Assembly (NCBI GenBank): GCA_964393095.1
Contig: CAYMSL010000002.1
Span: 1-43,622 of the forward strand
Origin: an uncultured Oscillospiraceae bacterium
GTDB lineage: Bacteria > Bacillota > Clostridia > Christensenellales > CAG-138
Length of the DNA stretch: 43,622 nucleotides
Direction: 5' to 3'
The notes beneath the pieces are model-generated. The model was not told the DNA's origin, did not search any database, and worked only from the letters and a program-made list of their open reading frames with translations. How positions within the stretch are numbered: the first letter of the stretch is position 1; every line of letters starts with the position of its first letter. Shown here piece by piece: positions 28,568 to 38,352 of the stretch. Made by a program: the position numbers and the translations under genes.

Positions 28568-30121
28568 TTAGGAGAATTTTACGAACAATACGCCGTCGAT
28601 CACCCGGCACGATCCGACGTCCGGAAAGGCGGGCATGGCGCGGATATCCGCCCGCTCGCCGTAGCGCGCGATCTCTTCCCTGTCCGCAATCAAGAGAGCC
28701 GGGTATCCGAGAATGCCGTTTATGAAGTTCCGGTATGTCTGCGAATACGTAACGGAGAAATTGCCGTGCATGCCGACCGCTTCGAGCCCTTCAAAGCCCT
28801 GACGGCTTGCGGATAGTTTCGAGTTGCTTAGCTTGCCGATGATGGCAACCGGCGTTTGGTCGACGACGTATCCTTCCGTCTGCTCCATCCGGTCGATGAC
28901 TCTGGTCATGATCGATAGCGTGGCCTGGTATTCGAGATCCTTCTTGAGGTATAGCTGGTTGGCGTAGACGACGTTGTTGAGTATAAGCAATGCGGCGGCA
29001 AAAACGGCGGCCGTTCTCGCGGCGGAGGCGAGGCGCGCTTTCTGAACGTTGACGTGCGCAACCTCGATCTGCTCCTCGAGCGCAAACTTATGCTCCAGTA
29101 TCAGGAAGACAAAGACATAGACGAAATTGAAGGAATAGGACATCAGCACATGCTTGAGGCCCTTTGCGAGGAAATAGACGATATCCATTCCGAGCGGCAT
29201 CAAAGCGATGATCAGCGCGAGCAGGCCGATATTCTGCGGCGGCAGCCGACGGGCCCGCACGATCTGGATCAGGCTCACGCCCGCAAACAAGATCAGGGCG
29301 ACGTTGAGCACCGCGGCGAATACCGGGTGGAAGGTGTTCGGCAAAACAAAGTATTTCCCGGGGAAGATATATGTTTTTACAAGGAGTTCCGGGATGGATG
29401 CCTGCGTGTAATCCCCAAGTTCGGAAAGTCCGTTATAGGAGTTTGCGAGGCCAATGCCGGTAAGCCGCAGCACGACCTGCAGGCTGATATAATAGAGAAC
29501 CAGGCCGAGCAGCAACGTGGCGAGCGCTTTTAGGCCGCGCACAACGATGGCCCTTGCCTCGGTTTTATCGAAACAATCCCTGGCAAGCAGAATTAGAAAC
29601 AGCAGGATTGCGGACTCGATATAGCTTTGATATAACGCGAGCGAAAAACAAAGCGGAATCGCCCCGAGCAGGAATCCAAACCGCCGGGTTCGGCACAGGT
29701 GGACGGCCAGAACGCTGCATAGAAGCGCCATGGTATACATATCCGTCCAGGGAATATAGGTTGCGTTGGCCAAAGCAAGAACGGCGTTTGTCGAGAGAAT
29801 GCCGCAGGTAAGGGCGATTGATCCGTGTGTGCGAAGCCCCAGCAGCTTGATTACGAGATAGATGGCTGCGGCCAGCCATGTGAGCGAGAAGAGCCCGATC
29901 AGCCACGGCGCGCACAATTGGCCGCGCAGCAGCAAATAGACCGGTTGAAGAAAGCGGCCGAAGGCGATCTGCCCCTGCGCCTCGTTTTGAAAGACCATGG
30001 TGGAATCGTGCGAGTTGCTTGTGCTGAAATATCGAAACGCATGCGCGGCCAGCCCGAATAAAAACGTCAGCGCAGCCACCCGTTTTGCCATTGGGCGGTC
30101 GATGGCACTTGCTTTTTTCAT
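28568..30121 (-). CDS. GtrII-like polytopic glucosyltransferase-domain membrane protein
   Basis: I prefer ATG 30121 (AAAGAGG lies 5 nt upstream; MKKASAIDRP...) over the track start 30160. About 11 hydrophobic helices are followed by a C-terminal soluble domain. The N-terminal pattern AHAFRYF..SNSHDS........GRFLQP resembles the Glucos_trans_II family. GC content is visibly lower than in the flanks. Confidence 0.55.
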   Translation of the reverse strand: MKKASAIDRPMAKRVAALTFLFGLAAHAFRYFSTSNSHDSTMVFQNEAQGQIAFGRFLQPVYLLLRGQLCAPWLIGLFSLTWLAAAIYLVIKLLGLRTHGSIALTCGILSTNAVLALANATYIPWTDMYTMALLCSVLAVHLCRTRRFGFLLGAIPLCFSLALYQSYIESAILLFLILLARDCFDKTEARAIVVRGLKALATLLLGLVLYYISLQVVLRLTGIGLANSYNGLSELGDYTQASIPELLVKTYIFPGKYFVLPNTFHPVFAAVLNVALILFAGVSLIQIVRARRLPPQNIGLLALIIALMPLGMDIVYFLAKGLKHVLMSYSFNFVYVFVFLILEHKFALEEQIEVAHVNVQKARLASAARTAAVFAAALLILNNVVYANQLYLKKDLEYQATLSIMTRVIDRMEQTEGYVVDQTPVAIIGKLSNSKLSASRQGFEGLEAVGMHGNFSVTYSQTYRNFINGILGYPALLIADREEIARYGERADIRAMPAFPDVGSCRVIDGVLFVKFS

Positions 30122-30370
30122 ACAAACCTCTTTTACAGATGTCCGTTGTCTGGTAAGCACTCATGTGCAGTATAACACGCAAAGAGGACAAACGGAACGC
30201 TTTCCTGTGCGGCGGCCTGTTAAACGCACGCGAAGATAACAGGATACGGCGCGCGGGAAAGCGCGCTCCGGCGGCGCGGCAAAGGCCCGCGGCGTTATCG
30301 ACGACCTGTGAAATACATTTATTCTTGAATCGTGCGATATTTCGCGTATAATCTCCTTGAGGAGCGTGAC

Positions 30371-31975
30371 ATGCTGAAAAAGGTCGTCTGGTTCATCTCC
30401 GTATTATTGCTGGCTTGCATTGCCGTCGGGGCTTTCTATCTCGAGGGGTTTCTTTCGTTTCCCGAAGCGCATTACCTGCGCGAGATCAGCGCCCTAAGCC
30501 AGGACGGGTTAGACGCGATGATCGCCGGGCGCAGTCCGTCCGGGAGAAAATTTCTTTCCCTTTCCTACGATACCTATGAATTGCCCGTATTGGACGGCGA
30601 AACGGACGTTTTTCTGTTTTGCGGCGATTTGGCGGACGGCATTCTGGTCGATCGCAACCTCAGTTGCAGCGTCGCGCAGGTGCGCGGCGAGCACGACGTT
30701 ACGCTGGTTGCGTGGAACGACAGCGCGTATCGAATCTATCGGCTCGAGTTTACGCAACTGCCCATCGTCACGATCGAACTAGCGGGAAGACCGATGGCAA
30801 GGTGGGCGGCGGATGAATACCGCGACGGGGTTCTTACGGTGTTCGACGACAACACGGGGGAGGCGCGGCGCCTGTATGCGAGCTTTAAGGTGCGCGGCAC
30901 TTCGAGCGCTTATCAACTGAAGAAAAGCTATACGATCAAACTCAGGGATGTCAACAGCGGCGGAGAAACGCGCGCCTCCATCTTGGGCATGGACGAAAAC
31001 ACCCGCTTCGCGCTGAACTCGCTGTATGAGGACGATTCCAAGATCCGGGATTTCGCCTCGATGACGCTCTGGCGAAAAATGACGCAAAGCGGGGACTACG
31101 AAGCGGGAAACGGCTTTGGCATAACGCCCGCGGAGGTCTTTTACGAGGGGGAATACTGGGGACTGTACGGCTTTCAGGAGGTTAGCAACCGTGACGCGCT
31201 GGCCATGAGCAAGACGCGGGCAACGGCGCTTTTTAAGGTGCTGTCCCATCTGCCGCCGCCGGAGGACAAGCCCGACGCGCGGGCGAAGCTTTGGGGCGAC
31301 ATCGAGCTTGCGGATGCCAAAGCAGGCGGCTCCTGGGACTTTTTTGCCGCGTATGCGCATCTGGCCTACTATGAATCGGACGAAGCGTTTGTAAAAAACG
31401 TCTGGACTTATTTAAATGCAAACAACTGCGCGGACTATTGCCTGCTGGTTTCGGCGCTGTATGCGAGCGACAACACCTGGAAGAATACGGCGATTGTGCA
31501 GACGGCGGACGATCGGGGGCGGGAAAGCCTGCTCCTCGTACCCTGGGACATGGATCTTTCGTGGGGCGCGGCGTGGGACAACAGCGTTTCAACAAAAGCA
31601 AGCCTCGATCTTTCGCGGGCGACGGCCGGGCCGTTCATGTGGGATCGCAGCGCCCCGGTAAACGCAGGCTGCGAGCCCTCGCTGGCAGCGGAACTGCCGC
31701 TTATAACGACAAGATTGTGGGCGCTCGACCTGGATGGCTTTCGCAACAGGGTTGCCACGCGCTGGTTCGAATTAAGAAAGGGCCCGTTTTCGGAGCGGAA
31801 TCTGCTGAACCTTGTCAACGCGGCGTACGACGAGATCACAAGCAGCGGCGCAAGGCGGCGGGACGCGGCCCGCTGGCCGGAGGGCGCTCTCAGCGAGGAC
31901 AATTCCTTTATGCAAACGTTTATCGTGTTGCGGCTGCGCTATCTCGACGCGTTTTTTGCCGACTACGCGCTTTGA
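30371..31975 (+). CDS. CotH-family atypical kinase-like protein, membrane-anchored and extracytoplasmic
   Basis: ATG 30371 after GAGGAG. N-terminal anchor VVWFISVLLLACIAVGAFYL. CotH-like blocks KKSYTIKLRD, FALNSLYEDDSKIRDFASMTLWRKM, VFYEGEYWGLYGFQEV and LLVPWDMDLSWG. Confidence 0.7.
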   Translation: MLKKVVWFISVLLLACIAVGAFYLEGFLSFPEAHYLREISALSQDGLDAMIAGRSPSGRKFLSLSYDTYELPVLDGETDVFLFCGDLADGILVDRNLSCSVAQVRGEHDVTLVAWNDSAYRIYRLEFTQLPIVTIELAGRPMARWAADEYRDGVLTVFDDNTGEARRLYASFKVRGTSSAYQLKKSYTIKLRDVNSGGETRASILGMDENTRFALNSLYEDDSKIRDFASMTLWRKMTQSGDYEAGNGFGITPAEVFYEGEYWGLYGFQEVSNRDALAMSKTRATALFKVLSHLPPPEDKPDARAKLWGDIELADAKAGGSWDFFAAYAHLAYYESDEAFVKNVWTYLNANNCADYCLLVSALYASDNTWKNTAIVQTADDRGRESLLLVPWDMDLSWGAAWDNSVSTKASLDLSRATAGPFMWDRSAPVNAGCEPSLAAELPLITTRLWALDLDGFRNRVATRWFELRKGPFSERNLLNLVNAAYDEITSSGARRRDAARWPEGALSEDNSFMQTFIVLRLRYLDAFFADYAL

Positions 31976-31986
31976 GGCAGGTTGGA

Positions 31987-32682
31987 ATGACGGAGTATCG
32001 AAACGAGCACAAATTTATCTGCCAGCAGCGGCAAATCGAGGTGCTGAAGGCGCGGCTGGGGCCGGTTTTGCGGCCTGACGCGCACCAAGCGGGCGAGAGC
32101 TACCGCGTAAGAAGCCTTTACTTTGACGACGAGGACGACTCCGCCTTTTACGACAACGACGCGGGAACCGACAACCGCAAGAAGTTTCGTATCCGCGTGT
32201 ACGACCGTCCCGAAGAGACGATCCGCCTCGAGATCAAGTATAAAAAGCGCGGCGGAACCCATAAGGAATCCTGCTCGCTGCCCCGGGAGCTCTGCGAAGA
32301 TATTCTCGCGGGGCGCGGCCTTAAATGGCGTGCGGATTTTCCGTTTCCGCTGCAGGAGCTCTATCGGCAGATCGGCCTAAACGGGCTGCGGCCGCGCGTC
32401 ATCGTTGAATATGAAAGAAGCGCGTATGTCTGCCGGGCCGGCAACGTTCGGGTCACGTTTGACCGAAACATCGCCTGCTCCGAGCGGATCGGGATGTTTT
32501 TGCAGGATGCCATACCGCTCTTTCCCATACTTCCGCCGAACGTACACCTGCTCGAGGTAAAGTACGACGAATTCATACCGGACTACATACTCCAATTGCT
32601 CGAAACGGGCGAGTTGACCCGCACCACGTTTTCGAAATATTATCTTGCCTGCCTGGCGCAGAAGGGGGAATACATATGGTAA
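31987..32682 (+). CDS. VTC-domain (polyphosphate-polymerase-like, CYTH-like tunnel fold) protein
   Basis: Internal ATG 31987 of track ORF 31438-32682, 11 nt after the CotH stop. Blocks YRNEHKF, YRVRSLYFDD, RKKFRIRVYD, IRLEIKYKK and LLEVKYDEFIP match bacterial VTC-domain proteins. Confidence 0.75.
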   Translation: MTEYRNEHKFICQQRQIEVLKARLGPVLRPDAHQAGESYRVRSLYFDDEDDSAFYDNDAGTDNRKKFRIRVYDRPEETIRLEIKYKKRGGTHKESCSLPRELCEDILAGRGLKWRADFPFPLQELYRQIGLNGLRPRVIVEYERSAYVCRAGNVRVTFDRNIACSERIGMFLQDAIPLFPILPPNVHLLEVKYDEFIPDYILQLLETGELTRTTFSKYYLACLAQKGEYIW

Positions 32683-33335
32683 CCGAGATACTCAAGCGCT
32701 TCACCGAAACGGGAGGATACAGCTACCAGCACATGCTGCTGATACTGCTGCTGAGCTGTTTGATTGCCCTGTATATCTTCATCATCTACAGGGTGATTGC
32801 GAAGGCGACGGTCTTTTCCAAGACATACGGCATAACCGTCGGCGGCATCGGGATCGTGACGACATCGATCATTCTCGCGATGCAATCGAGCCTCGCCATC
32901 GCTTTGGGCATGGTCGGCGCGCTTTCGATCGTGCGCTTCCGCACGGCGATCAAGGACCCGCTAGATCTGCTGTTTTTGTTCTGGGCAGTCGGCGAGGGGA
33001 TCATCTGCGGCTCCGACCTGCTGGGGCTCGCGCTGATTATGTGCGTGGTGATGACGGTGGCGCTGCTTGTTTTCGACAAATTTCCCGTGAAAAGGGCGCC
33101 GTATCTCGTGGTGATCAACAGCCAGGACCGCCGGGCGGACGAGCAGGTGGAGCAGGCGCTGCGGGAGGTCAAGTGCAGCTACAAGGTCAAGTCGAAAAAT
33201 ATAACGCGGCACGGCGTGGATATGATCGTCGAACTGCGCGCAAAGGACCCGCGGGAAATTCTCGAGCGCTTGCTTGCGCTGGAGGCGACGGAAAATGTTA
33301 CGCTGCTTGCGCACGACGGCGAAACGCGGTATTGA
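32676..33335 (+). CDS. DUF4956 membrane protein
   Basis: The ATG overlaps the VTC stop by 7 nt and follows GAAGGGGGAA. TM helices plus the signature LGMVGALSIVRFRTAIKDPLDLLFLFWAVGEGI. A C-terminal soluble domain follows. Confidence 0.75.
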   Translation: MVTEILKRFTETGGYSYQHMLLILLLSCLIALYIFIIYRVIAKATVFSKTYGITVGGIGIVTTSIILAMQSSLAIALGMVGALSIVRFRTAIKDPLDLLFLFWAVGEGIICGSDLLGLALIMCVVMTVALLVFDKFPVKRAPYLVVINSQDRRADEQVEQALREVKCSYKVKSKNITRHGVDMIVELRAKDPREILERLLALEATENVTLLAHDGETRY

Positions 33336-33372
33336 AGAGGCGGCGGTTACCCGCGCAAGCACGTTGAGCGGC

Positions 33373-33402
33373 TTGGCAATATACGTCGAAACGTAGTATA
33401 CT
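33373..33402 (+). promoter_or_regulatory. Candidate sigma-70 promoter for the 33429-38120 operon
   Basis: TTGGCA (33373-33378), an 18-nt spacer, then TATACT (33397-33402). It lies 27 nt upstream of the ATG. Confidence 0.5.
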
Positions 33403-33428
33403 CATGGCACTAGAGAGGATTGCCGCTC

Positions 33429-34799
33429 ATGCTCATCAACCCCTTTCGCGCAAAGCGAAGCTGGCCGCTGCTTTTGCTTCTGGCCGCTGTTTTTCTCGGG
33501 CTGTTCGCGCGCTATGGCGTGGTGTTTGCCAACGATTCGTATACCTATATCAATGGCAGCGTGCGGGTGAGTCCACTGTATCCGGCCCTGATCGCGCTCT
33601 TTCGCGCGGTGTTTCCGGCAGAGTGGCATCTCGAAGCCCTCGTCGTTACGCAGGAGCTTTTGGCCGCCTACGCGATCTTTTCCCTGATGGCATACCTGCG
33701 CGAGCGCTTTTCCATCGGCGCGGCGCTTGGGACGATCCTATCCCTTGGTTTTACGGGCGCGTATATGCTAAGGCTCGTGCTCGTGGGAGAGGAGGCGCTC
33801 TACTGCAACGCCATCCTCACCGAGGCGATCACCTATCCGCTCTATTTCCTGTTTGTAAAGTACGCGTTTGCGGCGTTTGATCAAGCCGACCTGCGGCCGC
33901 TTGTCACCGCGTTCATCCTGGCGTTTCTGCTTGCCTGTACGCGCGGGCAGATGCTCTTTCTCTTGCCGGTTCTGCTCGTCGTGTTTTTGCTGATTTTGCG
34001 CGGGCGTCGTCCGCAAAAGGGAGAAAAGCGTTTGCTTTGGCTGCACGCTCTGCTCATGGGGGCCGGTTTTTTTGCGGGGATATCGCTTACGTCCGCCGCT
34101 TATAACGCCGCGTTAAGCGGCGTAGCCGCCCAGACGACGATGGGCGCGGAGGCGGTCTTCGGCGCGCTGCTCTACAACAGCGGCGCGGAGGACGCGGCGC
34201 TCTTTGCCGAGGGTTCCGAGGAGCGGGAGATCCTATTTGAGACGCTGACGCGCGGCGAAACGGAAGGGCTTACGTACAAGAGCGCGCCGAAGGACGTGCT
34301 CGGGCATTTTCAGCACTACGAAGCCTCGCACGATCCGCTGCGCGGCGTCCTGCTCGAGGTCATCGGCGAGCGGTATCGAAGCGAGCTGCCCAACGACGAC
34401 GCGACGCGCCTGATCCTTGTCGATTACGCGGGCGCGGTGTTCCCGGCGCTTCTTGCCGACAACCTTGGCGAGTACCTTTACAACGCCCTGATCAACTGCT
34501 TTGGCGGACTCGTGCGCGCGAACTCCATCATGCGGCGCGCGGGCGTGCTCTGGAGCGCGCTGGTCTACGCGCTCTGCGCCGGCTTTTTGCTCCTTTCTCG
34601 CGGGCGCATATCGCTCGATCCCGAACGCAGATTGATGCAATTGATCCTGCTGAGCGCGCTGGCAAACGCCGCGTTCTGCGCTTTCGGCGTATTCGCACTC
34701 TCGCGCTATGTATACTATAATTTCCCCTGCATGTACCTTGCGCTGGCGCTCTATGCAATCGCGCTGTGGAAGCGGCGCCGGAAGGGCGTGCGCGTATGA
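33429..34799 (+). CDS. Polytopic membrane protein, GT-C-like (family not recognised)
   Basis: ATG 33429 lies 9 nt after GAGAGGA; TTG 33420 is an alternative start. At least 10 hydrophobic helices. The first-loop motif is FANDSYTYINGS. A ~110-aa loop lies near residues 240-350. Confidence 0.5.
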   Translation: MLINPFRAKRSWPLLLLLAAVFLGLFARYGVVFANDSYTYINGSVRVSPLYPALIALFRAVFPAEWHLEALVVTQELLAAYAIFSLMAYLRERFSIGAALGTILSLGFTGAYMLRLVLVGEEALYCNAILTEAITYPLYFLFVKYAFAAFDQADLRPLVTAFILAFLLACTRGQMLFLLPVLLVVFLLILRGRRPQKGEKRLLWLHALLMGAGFFAGISLTSAAYNAALSGVAAQTTMGAEAVFGALLYNSGAEDAALFAEGSEEREILFETLTRGETEGLTYKSAPKDVLGHFQHYEASHDPLRGVLLEVIGERYRSELPNDDATRLILVDYAGAVFPALLADNLGEYLYNALINCFGGLVRANSIMRRAGVLWSALVYALCAGFLLLSRGRISLDPERRLMQLILLSALANAAFCAFGVFALSRYVYYNFPCMYLALALYAIALWKRRRKGVRV

Positions 34800-36682
34800 T
34801 GGCGGCTTTCGCTCTCTTTTTCGTGCTGTGTTCGGGCAGCGCGCTTGCCTGCGCGTTTAGATACCGCTTCGAGCGGATACTGCCGCTTACGGTGCTGGCA
34901 TCGATCCTTGTTCTGTATTGCGCCGGGTTATTCGACGCGCTGCGCGCCGGCGCTGTCGCCGTTTCCGTCGGCGCGGCGTTCTGCTGGGCTGTCACGTTCA
35001 TTCGGCTCGTTCGCCTGCGCGCGTGGCATGCGTTTATGCGGCGCTTCTTTACGCCCGCGTTCGGCATCTATGCGGCGCTGTTTATCGTCTCGCTGATTGG
35101 CAACTATGGCCGCGAGGTATCCGCCTGGGACGATCTGACCCACTGGGCGGATACGGTCAAGCAGATGTGCCATCTTCACGCGTTCGGCGCGAGCGAGGGC
35201 GGGTTTGCACTCTATCCCAACTACCCGCCCGCCATGGCGCTGATGCAGTATTACGCGCAGATGCTAAATTGCCTGTTTACCGGAACGGACTTTTGCGAAT
35301 GGCTGCTGTTCCTCGCGTATTCGGCGGCGCTGTATGCGTTTCTCGTGCCGTTTATGGAAAGGCTCGGCTGCCGAAACTGGTTTACGAACCTTTGCCTGCT
35401 CGCCGCCGTATTTCTATTGCCCGGCATGTTGCACCGAAGCCAGTTCCGCCTTCTCGACATCGATCCGTTTTTAGGCGTGCTCGCGGGCTACGGGCTCTCG
35501 CTCGCGGCGCTTGGCAGGCAAGATGACGGCGCGGATATCGCCGCGGGCGCGCTCGGCGCGTTTGTGCTGACGCTCGCCAAGGAGTCCGGTTTGTATTTTG
35601 CGGCGGTCATATGCGCCGCGCAGCTGCTTTCCGCCCTGATAAAGGAAGGCGCGCCGGGATATCGCAGCAGGCGTTTTCTTGCGCCGGGGCTCGGGGCGCT
35701 GCTCGCCGCCTTCGGCTATCTGAGCTGGCAGGGGTATCTGGACGCAAACGGCGCCTATCGGGCCTTTTCCGAACCGGCGCGATTCGATGTGCTTTGGCGC
35801 GTGCTGCGCGGGACGGAGGGCGGGTATCGCCAGCGGGTCTTAGCGGCGCTGGGACCGCGGCTGTTTGCGCCGGGTTATCCGATCGGCGTAGCCGAGGTTG
35901 GCGTGAGCGCCGCGGCGCTGTTTGTGCTGCTGATTGCGCTGTTTCTTCTCTTTGCGCTGCTGCGGCGGCGAAAGAACCCCGTCCGGCGGCTCGTCTGCGT
36001 CGCCGCTCTCGGCGGCGCGGCGGCGCTGCTGTTTGTGCCCGGCATCGGGATTATGTACCTCTTTAAGTTTACGGAGGCGGAAGCGCTGGCGCTGGCCTCG
36101 TTTGAACGGTACATGGGCGTACCGCTCATGATGCTCATGACGCTTCTGTTTCACGCGGGCGTCGACGCGATGGCGGATGGCGGGCCGGAGAAGCGGCGCG
36201 TTATCGCGGTGCTTGCCGCGCTGCTGATATGCTTTGCGCCGGCGCAGGAGGCGGCGAGTTTTCTGCTCGGGCGAAACCGCGCCTATGCGGCGAACGTGCG
36301 CGCGCAGGCGGACGAGGACGCCGCAGGCGTGTTTGCGCTATTGGTCGGGCAGACGCGCAAGATCAACGTCGTCTCTTTGGAAAACGACGGCCTGGATTTC
36401 CTGATGATGCGCTTTGCGCTGCGGCCAAACCGCGTTGCGGGCGCCTGGTATATCAAGGAGCAGCGATTCAACCCCGAGGATATCTGGGAAAACCCGCCCC
36501 AAAGCGCGTACGAGTGGAGCCAACGGCTGCTCGCGGAGGGTTACGACTACGTGCTGCTCTACCAGTTTGATGACGCATTTTGCGAAACCTTCGCCGCAGC
36601 CTTTGCAGACGGCGCGGCGATGCGCGAGCATACGCTCTACGCCGTGGATCCGGCGACGGGGCTTTTAAAGGAGGCCGGCTAG
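34796..36682 (+). CDS. Polytopic membrane protein, GT-C-like (family not recognised)
   Basis: ATG 34796 overlaps the upstream TGA (ATGATG). About 12 helices. An acidic loop motif SAWDDLTHWADTVKQM follows TM3. The C-terminal ~150 aa are soluble. Confidence 0.5.
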   Translation: MMAAFALFFVLCSGSALACAFRYRFERILPLTVLASILVLYCAGLFDALRAGAVAVSVGAAFCWAVTFIRLVRLRAWHAFMRRFFTPAFGIYAALFIVSLIGNYGREVSAWDDLTHWADTVKQMCHLHAFGASEGGFALYPNYPPAMALMQYYAQMLNCLFTGTDFCEWLLFLAYSAALYAFLVPFMERLGCRNWFTNLCLLAAVFLLPGMLHRSQFRLLDIDPFLGVLAGYGLSLAALGRQDDGADIAAGALGAFVLTLAKESGLYFAAVICAAQLLSALIKEGAPGYRSRRFLAPGLGALLAAFGYLSWQGYLDANGAYRAFSEPARFDVLWRVLRGTEGGYRQRVLAALGPRLFAPGYPIGVAEVGVSAAALFVLLIALFLLFALLRRRKNPVRRLVCVAALGGAAALLFVPGIGIMYLFKFTEAEALALASFERYMGVPLMMLMTLLFHAGVDAMADGGPEKRRVIAVLAALLICFAPAQEAASFLLGRNRAYAANVRAQADEDAAGVFALLVGQTRKINVVSLENDGLDFLMMRFALRPNRVAGAWYIKEQRFNPEDIWENPPQSAYEWSQRLLAEGYDYVLLYQFDDAFCETFAAAFADGAAMREHTLYAVDPATGLLKEAG

Positions 36683-36731
36683 CTTCGCGCGGACCGGCAA
36701 TCGAAGCGTAAACGAGGGGAGGAGAGAACAG

Positions 36732-38120
36732 GTGGTCAAACGCTGGCAGCAGCTGCTCAACCAGTTTAACCGGCTGATCGATTTTGTGCTGATCGCTGCG
36801 TCTTATTTTGCGGCGGTCTATTTCTGGCTGCTTGTTGTGCGGCAGGATCAGGTAAACATCGCGTTGAAGCTCACGCGTTCGGGATGGATTGCCCTCGCGC
36901 TCGCGGCAATCGTCGTGCTGCTCTATCAACTGACCGGGCTGTACGATTCGGTGCGGGCCAAGCCGCTTGGTCACGGCGTAAAGTGGATACTTTTTATCCA
37001 TGCGATCGTATCGCTCATCGGCGCGGCGGCATTGTTCGTCTTTCGCCTGGAGGACTTTTCGCGCGGCGTCATCGTGTCGTTCTTCGCGATATCGAGCGCG
37101 CTTGCGATCATCAAGCGGGCGGCGATGCGGCGGATGCTTTCGCTCGCGCGCAGCCGCGGGCTCAACCAGAAGCATGTGATTCTGGTCGGCAGCGGCCATC
37201 TCGCGCAGAAGTACGTCGAGATGGTTCGCCGTTATCCCCACTTCGGTTTTACGATTGACGGCTATATCGGGCGCGCGGACGCGCTGAAGGACGTGCGCTG
37301 CTACGGCTCGTGGGAGAGCGCCGGCGCGCAGCTCGACCGGGCCGGTCTTGACGAGGTGGTCGCGGCGCTGGATCAGGATGAGATCGGCCTCCTGCCCGCC
37401 GTCATCGCGGCAACGGAAAAGTACGGCACGAAAGTTTCGATTATACCGTATTTCAACGACTACATACCCGCAAGCACGACGCTTGAAACCGTCGGCGAGT
37501 GCAAGCTGCTCAACGTGCGCACAACACCGCTTGATTTCCCCGCGAACGCGCTGCTCAAGCGTACGGCCGACATCCTCGCGTCGCTTTTCTTCATCATTTT
37601 TGCAAGCCCCGTGCTGCTCATCGCCGACATCGGCGTTAAGCTCTCAAGCCCCGGGCCGGTCATCTTCCGCCAGACGCGCGTGGGCAGGCGCAAAAAGACC
37701 TTCCAGATGTATAAGTTCCGCTCCATGCGCGTCAACGAAGCGGAGGACACCGCGTGGACAAAGGATGCCGACCCGCGCAAGACGAAGTTCGGCAGCTTCA
37801 TTCGCAAGACCAGCATCGATGAACTGCCCCAGTTTTTCAACGTGCTCAAGGGGGATATGAGTATCGTCGGCCCAAGGCCGGAGATACCGCACTTTGTCGA
37901 ACAGTTTAAGGAGACGGTCCCGCTGTATATGCTCAAGCATCTCGTGCGCCCCGGCATCACTGGCTGGGCGCAGGTGCACGGCTACCGCGGCGATACGTCC
38001 ATCGCGGGGCGCATCGAGCACGACATCTGGTACATCGAGCACTGGACGATGGGGCTGGATTTGCGCATTTGCCTGATGACCGTGTTCGGCGGCATGGTCA
38101 ACAAGGAGAAGACCGTTTGA
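36732..38120 (+). CDS. Polyprenyl-phosphate sugar-phosphate transferase (large WcaJ/CpsE-type priming phosphoglycosyl transferase)
   Basis: GTG start after GAGGGGAGGAGAG. Four or five N-terminal TM helices and a central Rossmann-like segment (VILVGSGHLAQ). The C-terminal bacterial sugar-transferase domain carries PGPVIFRQTRVGRRKKTFQMYKFRSM and DELPQFFNVLKGDMSIVGPRPE. Confidence 0.85.
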   Translation: MVKRWQQLLNQFNRLIDFVLIAASYFAAVYFWLLVVRQDQVNIALKLTRSGWIALALAAIVVLLYQLTGLYDSVRAKPLGHGVKWILFIHAIVSLIGAAALFVFRLEDFSRGVIVSFFAISSALAIIKRAAMRRMLSLARSRGLNQKHVILVGSGHLAQKYVEMVRRYPHFGFTIDGYIGRADALKDVRCYGSWESAGAQLDRAGLDEVVAALDQDEIGLLPAVIAATEKYGTKVSIIPYFNDYIPASTTLETVGECKLLNVRTTPLDFPANALLKRTADILASLFFIIFASPVLLIADIGVKLSSPGPVIFRQTRVGRRKKTFQMYKFRSMRVNEAEDTAWTKDADPRKTKFGSFIRKTSIDELPQFFNVLKGDMSIVGPRPEIPHFVEQFKETVPLYMLKHLVRPGITGWAQVHGYRGDTSIAGRIEHDIWYIEHWTMGLDLRICLMTVFGGMVNKEKTV

Positions 38121-38285
38121 GCAACAGCCCGTGCCGCGCCGCATAAACGGTGGTATCCGAACATAACGACGCGGCGTCAAACGCCGAGAAGCGCCGCCGG
38201 CAGGAGAGCGGCGCCCGGCCGTGTTCACGCAATAGAATCAAACCGATCAAAGAGACAGGCCGCGCGGCCATCTCTCCGGGGCATA

Positions 38286-38320
38286 TCAAAACGGCCGCCA
38301 CCCGGTTACCGGGGGCGGCC
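38286..38320 (-). terminator. Intrinsic terminator of the O-antigen-ligase-like gene
   Basis: GGCCGCC (38293-38299) pairs with GGCGGCC (38314-38320), with an inner CCCGG/CCGGG helix. On the minus strand it is followed by GTTTTGAT. Confidence 0.65.
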
Positions 38321-38352
38321 GAATGATGGCGCGGCGGCGAATTCCGCCCGCG

